64,000 nucleotides of DNA from Acidobacteriota bacterium (GTDB taxonomy: Bacteria; Acidobacteriota; Holophagae; Holophagales; Holophagaceae): positions 12,116-76,115 of the forward strand of contig JACPYP010000013.1 in assembly GCA_016195985.1 (NCBI GenBank), read 5' to 3'. The notes under the pieces were generated by a model. That model had not been told where the DNA came from. It saw only the letters and a list, made by a program, of their open reading frames with translations, and did not search any database. The translations under genes were made by a program, and so were the position numbers. Positions 57,921 through 64,000 of this stretch are shown piece after piece. How positions within the stretch are numbered: the stretch's first letter is position 1; the number at the start of each line of letters is the position of its first letter.

Positions 57921-58499
57921 ATGATCCGACTCACCACCCCCATCACCGAAGACCAGATCCGTCAGCTCAAGGTGGGCGACGAGGTGCTGCTCAATGGCCG
58001 CGTCGTTCTCAGCCGCGATATCGGCCACAAGTACATGAAGGAACAGAAGCCCGAGTGGCTCAAGCCCATTCTGGAAAACATGGTCATCTACCATTGCGGG
58101 CCCGTGGTCCGGAAGAACGAGGACGGCAGCTGGTCCTTCGTGGCGGCCGGCCCCACCACCAGCATCCGCGAAGAGCCCTACCAGGCCGAGGTCATCGACA
58201 CCTACAAGGTGCGTGGCGTCATCGGCAAGGGCGGCATGGGCAAAAAGACCAGCGAGGGTCTGCGGAAGACCGGCGCCGTCTACCTCCATGCCACCGGCGG
58301 TGCCGGCAGCCTGCTGGCCGAACGCGTGAAGCGCGTGGTGGACGTGAAGATGCTTGAGGAATTCGGCAGCCCCGAGGCGTTCTGGATCATCGAGGTGGAA
58401 GATTTCCCCCTGGTGGTGACCATGGACAGTCATGGCGGCAGCCTCCACGAGATCGTGGCCCAGCAGAGCCAGGAACGGGCCAAGACCCTTATGGCCTGA
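57921..58499 (+). CDS. Class I fumarate hydratase, beta subunit
   Basis: RD.GH, YHCGP, AGPTTS.R, IGKGG, DSHGGSLH. Confidence 0.92.
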   Translation: MIRLTTPITEDQIRQLKVGDEVLLNGRVVLSRDIGHKYMKEQKPEWLKPILENMVIYHCGPVVRKNEDGSWSFVAAGPTTSIREEPYQAEVIDTYKVRGVIGKGGMGKKTSEGLRKTGAVYLHATGGAGSLLAERVKRVVDVKMLEEFGSPEAFWIIEVEDFPLVVTMDSHGGSLHEIVAQQSQERAKTLMA

Positions 58500-58542
58500 A
58501 ACCGGACATTTTTCGGCCTCCGGCCCGGGATAACCTGGGGGG

Positions 58543-59373
58543 ATGGTTCAGACTTACCTTCAGCTCCGCCTCGATCTGGCCACGGCCCTGGCCGTGTTTC
58601 TGGATCCCGAGGAGGCCCATGCGGAGTGCGTCCGCTGGTTCGAGGAAGGGCTCGGCCTCTCCCGCAGCTGGATGGCCGTCCACGGGGCTGAACCGGTTCC
58701 CGGGGAGGTGCGCCTACAGGTCAGCGCCTGGGTCCGTCGACGCCGCAAGGGAGAGCCCTGGGCTTACATCCTGGGCTGGAGCCAGTTCCGTGATCGGCGC
58801 TTCAAAGTCACCCCCGCCACCCTCATCCCCAGGCCCGAAACCGAACTGCTGGTGGAAGCTGCGCTGGATGTGGGGCGGCGGTTGAAGGTGGAGCGCTGCG
58901 TGGATGTGGGCACTGGCAGCGGCATCATCGCCGTAAGTCTGGCCTTGGAAACCGCTTGGCAGGTATCGGCTTCGGATTTGAGCCCCGGCGCTCTGACCGT
59001 GGCGGCACAAAATGCGAAGGCCCTGGGTGCCCTGGTCCGGTTCCACCAAGGGAGCCTTCTCGATCCCATCCCGAACCCGATGGGGCTGGTGGTGGCCAAC
59101 CTGCCCTATGTGGACCCGGCCGATGAACCCGCGCTCCAGCGGGAGTTGGCCTTTGAACCACGCTCGGCCCTCTTTGCGCCGGACCGGGGCCTGGCCTTGT
59201 CTGAAGCCCTCCTGATTCAGGCCAGGGCGCGGAGGGCACCGGCCTGTCTTCTGGAAATTGGCGCCGGGCAGGGTGGGGAGCTCTGCCGGAGGGCCCTGGG
59301 GGCAGGCTGGGCCAAGGCCATGGTTCATCAGGATTTTGCGGGACACGACCGGATCCTGGTGACCCTGGCCTGA
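58543..59373 (+). CDS. prmC: Release factor glutamine methyltransferase
   Basis: GEPWAYILG, LIPRPETE, DVGTGSG, NLPY, EP..AL. Confidence 0.93.
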   Translation: MVQTYLQLRLDLATALAVFLDPEEAHAECVRWFEEGLGLSRSWMAVHGAEPVPGEVRLQVSAWVRRRRKGEPWAYILGWSQFRDRRFKVTPATLIPRPETELLVEAALDVGRRLKVERCVDVGTGSGIIAVSLALETAWQVSASDLSPGALTVAAQNAKALGALVRFHQGSLLDPIPNPMGLVVANLPYVDPADEPALQRELAFEPRSALFAPDRGLALSEALLIQARARRAPACLLEIGAGQGGELCRRALGAGWAKAMVHQDFAGHDRILVTLA

Positions 59374-59377
59374 GCGA

Positions 59378-59394
59378 TTGGCACCATCCTCGCT
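59378..59394 (+). promoter_or_regulatory. Putative sigma54 (-24/-12) promoter of flgH operon
   Basis: TTGGCAC-catcc-TCGCT, GG-N10-GC spacing, 23 nt before ATG. Confidence 0.55.
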
Positions 59395-59417
59395 CCAGCC
59401 AAGCCTGGAGGTGCTTC

Positions 59418-60089
59418 ATGAGGAAAATGCTGCCCATCGCCCTGTTTTTGGTGGGATTCGGCTGCTCCATTCCCAAGCGCCATGATGCCAATCTGGTCAA
59501 AAAGCCCGCCATTCCCTATGTGGACGAGGCGCCAGCCATGCAGCCCTTGAACGAGGGCAGCTTGTGGCGGGATCGCCCCATGGTGGCGGATCTCAGGGCC
59601 TTCCGGGTCAACGACTTGGTGACGCTGAAGATCAGCGAAAGCACCAACGCCATCACCAAGGCGGATGTGACCACCAACCGTACAGGAAGCAACAAGCTGA
59701 GCAGCCCGAACCTTTTCAGCGCTCTGGCCGGCTTCGGCATCGGCAGCAGCACCTCGGACAAGTCCACGGGAACCGCCAGCAAGTACGCGGGAACCGGAAC
59801 CACCGGGCGCAGCGCCACGTTCACCACCACGGTCACGGCCCGGGTGGTCAAGGTGGTAGGCAATGGCAACCTCATTTTCGAGGGCTTCAGGGACATTCAG
59901 CTGAACAACGAAACCCAGCGCCTGTATGTGGCTGGAATGCTCGATCCCCACATGCTGGACGCCAGCAACAGCATCGCTTCCGGTCAGGTGGCGGAGCTTC
60001 GCATTGGCTACGGCGGGCAGGGGGTGGTGGATGAAACCCTCAAGCCGGGCTTCATCAGCAGGCTTCTGGCATATGTCTGGCCGTTCTAG
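59418..60089 (+). CDS. flgH: Flagellar L-ring lipoprotein
   Basis: Lipobox GFGC, RAFRVNDLVT, VVKVVGNGNL, QVAELRIGYGGQG, WPF end. Confidence 0.95.
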   Translation: MRKMLPIALFLVGFGCSIPKRHDANLVKKPAIPYVDEAPAMQPLNEGSLWRDRPMVADLRAFRVNDLVTLKISESTNAITKADVTTNRTGSNKLSSPNLFSALAGFGIGSSTSDKSTGTASKYAGTGTTGRSATFTTTVTARVVKVVGNGNLIFEGFRDIQLNNETQRLYVAGMLDPHMLDASNSIASGQVAELRIGYGGQGVVDETLKPGFISRLLAYVWPF

Positions 60090-60098
60090 GAGATTCCC

Positions 60099-61208
60099 AT
60101 GCGCTTCGCAGCTATCTTTCTGGCGGCTCTCACCCTTTGCGGGGCGGATCTCGCCAAGGCGGACAAGAAGATCGAATCCAAACTCCGGGATGTGGCCCGC
60201 CTCCAAGGCGTGCGGGGCAACCAGCTGCTGGGCTATGGCGTGGTGGTGGGATTGGATGGCACTGGCGACAAGGACCAGACCAAGTTCACGGTGCAGTCGC
60301 TCACGAACCTCATGTCCCGCCAAGGGTTGACGGTGAACCCCACCACCGTGAAGGTGAAGAACGTGGCGGCGGTCATGGTGACGGCGGAACTGCCGCCTTT
60401 CGCCCGGGCCGGTTCGCGCCTGGATGTCACGGTTTCCAGCACCGGCGACGCCAAGTCCTTGGCCGGCGGCACCCTGCTCATGACAGCCATGCAGGGGCCT
60501 GACGGCCAGACCTACGCCGTGGCCCAAGGCCCTCTGCTGGTGGGCGGATTCAGCGCTTCAGCCGGCGGCGCCTCGGTGACCAAGAACCACCCCACCGTGG
60601 GACGGGTGCCGGACGGCGGCATCATCGAGCGGGAAGTGGGCGGCGATTTCAATGCCCGCTCAACACTGCGCTACAACCTGATGGAAGAGGACTTCACCAC
60701 CGCCATTCGGGTGGTCCACACCATTAACGAGGAACTGGGAGAAAAGGCGGCCCGGCCCCTGGATGCCCGTACGGTGGAATTGACCATTCCCAAGGAATTC
60801 CAAGGCCGCGCCGTGGAATTGGTGGCGAGGCTGGAGAACTTGAACGTGCAGCTTCAGCCCAAGGCCCGGGTGGTGGTGAACGAACGTACCGGCACGGTGA
60901 TTCTGGGCTCCGACGTGCGGATCGGCGCAGTGAGCATTATCCAGGGCGGCCTGAGCATCATGGTGAGTTCGACCCCGCTGGTGAGCCAGCCCGCACCCTT
61001 CAGCCAGGGCAAAACGGTCCAAGCCACGAAGAAGGATGTGACCGCCGTGGAGGATAAGCCCAAGACGGTGACCGTTGAACCAGGCGTAAGCGTGGGCAAG
61101 ATGGCCGAAATGCTGAACAGCATGGGCGTGAGCCCCCGGGACCTGGTAGCCATTCTGCAGGCCATCAAGGATGCGGGGGCCCTCCAGGCTGAACTGAGGG
61201 TGCTGTGA
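60099..61208 (+). CDS. flgI: Flagellar P-ring protein
   Basis: NQLLGYGVVVGLDGTGD, KNVAAVMVTAELPPF, NERTGT, GALQAEL. Confidence 0.97.
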   Translation: MRFAAIFLAALTLCGADLAKADKKIESKLRDVARLQGVRGNQLLGYGVVVGLDGTGDKDQTKFTVQSLTNLMSRQGLTVNPTTVKVKNVAAVMVTAELPPFARAGSRLDVTVSSTGDAKSLAGGTLLMTAMQGPDGQTYAVAQGPLLVGGFSASAGGASVTKNHPTVGRVPDGGIIEREVGGDFNARSTLRYNLMEEDFTTAIRVVHTINEELGEKAARPLDARTVELTIPKEFQGRAVELVARLENLNVQLQPKARVVVNERTGTVILGSDVRIGAVSIIQGGLSIMVSSTPLVSQPAPFSQGKTVQATKKDVTAVEDKPKTVTVEPGVSVGKMAEMLNSMGVSPRDLVAILQAIKDAGALQAELRVL

Positions 61209-61540
61209 TCGCCCAGGGGCTGCCCACCCTGAATCCCGTGGCCCAGGCCCAGGGAGCCCAGGCGCTGCCCGGAACCGATGAGAAGACGGAGAAAGCGGCC
61301 CGGCAATTCGAGGGCCTGCTGATGGGCCTGCTCTTCCAGACCATGCGCAAGACGGTGCAGCCCTCTGGGCTGTTCGGGGATTCGGGCCAGTCCAGGTCCA
61401 CCTACGAGTACCTCATGGATCAGGCCGTGGTGGATCGAGCCGTTTCCTCTGGCCATGGCTGGGGGTTGGCCGATCGGCTGAAGGCGGCATGGTCCCAGGC
61501 TGAAAAAAACGGCCTCGAAAAAGAACTCCCAAGGGGTTGA
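61205..61540 (+). CDS. flgJ: FlgJ rod-binding domain only
   Basis: AARQFEGL...MRKT...GLAD; follows flgI. Confidence 0.85.
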   Translation: MIAQGLPTLNPVAQAQGAQALPGTDEKTEKAARQFEGLLMGLLFQTMRKTVQPSGLFGDSGQSRSTYEYLMDQAVVDRAVSSGHGWGLADRLKAAWSQAEKNGLEKELPRG

Positions 61541-61564
61541 AGGTTCTTGGCAAACTGCCGATAG
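61538..61564 (+). promoter_or_regulatory. sigma28 (FliA) promoter of flgM
   Basis: TGAAGGTT-N11-GCCGATAG vs consensus TAAAGTTT-N11-GCCGATAA. Confidence 0.75.
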
Positions 61565-61582
61565 AGCCTTGTCGAGGTCATC

Positions 61583-61885
61583 ATGCGCATCAGCGGCAAA
61601 TCAAGTGGTGTGGGCAGCGCCCAGGGGGTGACGGGTGCCAAGGCATCCGGCGTTTCCTCGTCTGGTCCTGTCTCCGCGGCTTCCTCGACGGATGCGGTCC
61701 AGGTTTCCTCTGCGGCCCGCCTGGTGGCGGTGGCGCAGGAGGCCTTGGCCGTGGTCCCGGATGTCCGGATGGAGAAGGTGGAAGCCATCAAGAACCAGCT
61801 GGACGCCGATTCCTACAACCCCGATGGAGAGGCCGTGGCCGAAGGGCTCATCAAGGAACACCTGGCGCAAGGGCGCCATTCCTAG
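61583..61885 (+). CDS. flgM: Anti-sigma28 factor
   Basis: DAVQVS, PDVRMEKVEAIK...Y..D...VAEGLI. Confidence 0.9.
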   Translation: MRISGKSSGVGSAQGVTGAKASGVSSSGPVSAASSTDAVQVSSAARLVAVAQEALAVVPDVRMEKVEAIKNQLDADSYNPDGEAVAEGLIKEHLAQGRHS

Positions 61886-61909
61886 CTCTTGGGCCCTCGA
61901 GGTGAGGGC

Positions 61910-62236
61910 ATGATCAGTCCCCTGGGACAGCGCCAGATCCTTCAGACCGCTGCGGTCGAGACGGTGAGGCAGGCCATGGAGGGGGGCTTCCAAGTGCAGC
62001 GGGAGCAGGCCCGGCGGCAGGCCTTTGACGCCAAGCTGGTTGAAGCCATGGATGATGTTTCGGATGTGAACGGGACGGACGGACTGAAGCTGTCCGAGCA
62101 CGGTGCGCAGGAGCAGGCAAGCCACCGCCAGCATGGAACCGGCGCCTCCGGAGAGCCCGAGACCGAACCCGAGGCCGAGGAAGAAGGCGGGACCCAGGCA
62201 GAGGGTGCCCGTCTGCACCTGGATCTCTTGGCCTGA
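61910..62236 (+). CDS. Hypothetical flagellar-cluster protein
   Basis: GAGGTG RBS; helical N-terminus, acidic linker, C-terminal HLDLLA. Confidence 0.65.
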   Translation: MISPLGQRQILQTAAVETVRQAMEGGFQVQREQARRQAFDAKLVEAMDDVSDVNGTDGLKLSEHGAQEQASHRQHGTGASGEPETEPEAEEEGGTQAEGARLHLDLLA

Positions 62237-62268
62237 GGCTTGCCCAAAGGCTCCGGAGGAGGTCTTCC

Positions 62269-62565
62269 ATGCTGCATGCCGTGCCCGAACTACTGGATGC
62301 CCTTGAACGCAAATTGATGGAAGGCGAAGATCCTTCGCCCCTTCTCTCCAACATCCGGTGGTCCGAATTGGTGTGGTGGCCCGAAGATCTGAAGAGCGCC
62401 CAGACTCTGAAGCAGCGCATCGCCTCCATCCAGACCCTCCTTATCGGGCTTCAGGCGCCTCTGCGCGCCACCCTCGTGGGCCTCTCCACCGCACCTTCCT
62501 ACGGGCGCAGTGGCATTCCCGCAGACGCCCCCATGCTCGCTCCCCGTCTGCACGAAAAGGTGTAA
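62269..62565 (+). CDS. Hypothetical protein in the FlgN position
   Basis: GGAGG RBS; 98 aa helical, SYGRSG near C-terminus; immediately before flgK. Confidence 0.6.
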   Translation: MLHAVPELLDALERKLMEGEDPSPLLSNIRWSELVWWPEDLKSAQTLKQRIASIQTLLIGLQAPLRATLVGLSTAPSYGRSGIPADAPMLAPRLHEKV

Positions 62566-62567
62566 CC

Positions 62568-64000
62568 ATGCCCGGCCTCAACGCAAGTCTCTACATCGGC
62601 CTTTCCGGCATGCAGGCCCAGCAGGCCGCCCTTGGGGTGGTGGGGCACAACATCGCGAACGTGAATACCCCGGGGTACACCCGGCAACGGGCGGACCTGG
62701 CGGCGAACCAGTCCCTGATCCAGGGGGATGTCTACTTCGGCTCGGGCGTGTCGCTGAACACGGTGACCGGCATCCGGGACCGCTTCCTGGATCTCCAGAT
62801 CTACCGCGAGACAGCCAAGGGAGCGGGCGCTTCGACGCGCTACTCGGGGGTGGATGCCATTGCCTCCAGCGTAGGCGATACCGGAAGCACCGGGATCTCG
62901 GCCCAGATCCAGGGTTTTTTCCAGAGCTTCCAGACTTTGGCCACCCACCCGGAGGATCCTGCCCTCCGGACCAACGTGATCGGCAAGGCCCAGACCATGA
63001 TCACCGGCCTGCAGTCCAGATACAGCCTGCTGGACGCGCAGCGCAACATCGCGGATCAGTCGGTGGGAAGCCTCGTGACCGCCGTGAACACCCTCACCAG
63101 CCAGATCGCCAATCTGAACCAGCAGATCACCACGGAAACCGTGCCCGGCGCCAACAACGATGCCCGGGACCAGCGCAAGGCCCTGACCGACAAGCTGGCC
63201 GAACTGGTGGGCATCAACGTTTTTGAAGGGTCCAACGGGGAATACCAGATCACGCTGGACAGCGGCGCGGCGGTCCTCGTGAGCGGGAACAGCTCCTACA
63301 ACCTGCAAACCACGCCCGGCGGCGCCGCCCTGGACAACCATCTGAGGGTTAGCTCCGTCATGGGCGGATCCACGGTTGACGTGACCAACGGCATCAAGGA
63401 TGGCCAACTGGGAGCCAAGCTCGATCTTCGCGACAACATTCTGGTGGGCTTCCAGCGGCAGCTTGACCAGATCGCTGCGGGCGTGGCCCGGCAAGTGAAC
63501 CAGCTGCACCGCACCGGCTACGCAGCCGATGGCGTCACCACCGGCAACGACTTCTTCCAGGGCGGTGTGGCCAATGGCGGAACGGGCCTTCCCACGACAG
63601 TCTCCGCGGCCACCTTCTACAAAGGCATGGTGAATGCCCTTTCCGTGAATGCCACCGTGGCGGGCAACCCTTCTCTCATCGCCGCGGCTTCGACCGCGGG
63701 CATCAAGGGCGACAACGCCCGGGCCAACGCCATCGGAAACCTCCAGTCCGCCACCGCCTCGGTGGACACCAATGGGGATGGCGTGCCGGATGCGGGCCCC
63801 TTCAGCAACATGGTGGGCAGCCTGGTGAGCGACGTGGGCACCCAATCCCAGACCTATCGCGCCCAGACCGACACTCAGCAGAACCTGGTCTCGGCGCTTC
63901 AGACCCAGCGGGACAGCATTTCAGGCGTGGATCTGAACGAGGAAGCCGCAAACATGATGAACCTGCAGCGGGGGTACCAGGCTTCCGCGCGGTTTCTCAG
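62568..64000 (+). CDS. flgK: Flagellar hook-associated protein 1, truncated by window end
   Basis: Manual translation (not in ORF track): MPGLNASLYIGLSG...HNIANVNTPGYTRQ ... SGVDLNEEAANMMNLQRGYQASARF. Confidence 0.96.
   Translation, partial: MPGLNASLYIGLSGMQAQQAALGVVGHNIANVNTPGYTRQRADLAANQSLIQGDVYFGSGVSLNTVTGIRDRFLDLQIYRETAKGAGASTRYSGVDAIASSVGDTGSTGISAQIQGFFQSFQTLATHPEDPALRTNVIGKAQTMITGLQSRYSLLDAQRNIADQSVGSLVTAVNTLTSQIANLNQQITTETVPGANNDARDQRKALTDKLAELVGINVFEGSNGEYQITLDSGAAVLVSGNSSYNLQTTPGGAALDNHLRVSSVMGGSTVDVTNGIKDGQLGAKLDLRDNILVGFQRQLDQIAAGVARQVNQLHRTGYAADGVTTGNDFFQGGVANGGTGLPTTVSAATFYKGMVNALSVNATVAGNPSLIAAASTAGIKGDNARANAIGNLQSATASVDTNGDGVPDAGPFSNMVGSLVSDVGTQSQTYRAQTDTQQNLVSALQTQRDSISGVDLNEEAANMMNLQRGYQASARFL

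Overview
GC-rich bacterial chromosomal segment. Gene content and style suggest an anaerobic Acidobacteriota of the Holophagaceae (Geothrix/Holophaga-like); this is an inference, not a database result. It is mostly housekeeping genes (partial rnr, cysS, yggS, CIRCE-regulated groES-groEL, lipA, scpA, uvrC, anmK, gatC, tsaD, priA, rsmA, rnj, hpt-lptE-holA, two-subunit class I fumarase, prmC) and ends in a flagellar cluster (flgH-I-J-M-two hypotheticals-partial flgK). Accessory blocks are a DUF4139/DUF58/vWA (Bat-like) operon without MoxR, a less GC-biased type IV minor-pilin/PilY1 cassette, an ECF sigma/anti-sigma/Spy-like triad, and a redox-signalling module at 21.5-26.6 kb. That module is the best candidate for an undescribed system: HybA-like 4x[4Fe-4S] and HybB/NrfD-like genes with no catalytic subunit, a heme-c-motif histidine kinase, and a membrane-anchored receiver fused to a GcvH-like domain lacking the lipoyl lysine, converging on lipA. 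Both of its transcription units carry the same ~115-bp leader (promoter, conserved hairpin, palindrome, ~30-codon uORF). Nine genes have a TAnnnT hexamer exactly 6 nt before the ATG, suggesting widespread leaderless mRNAs. I recognised no rRNA, tRNA, CRISPR array, transposase or integrase.
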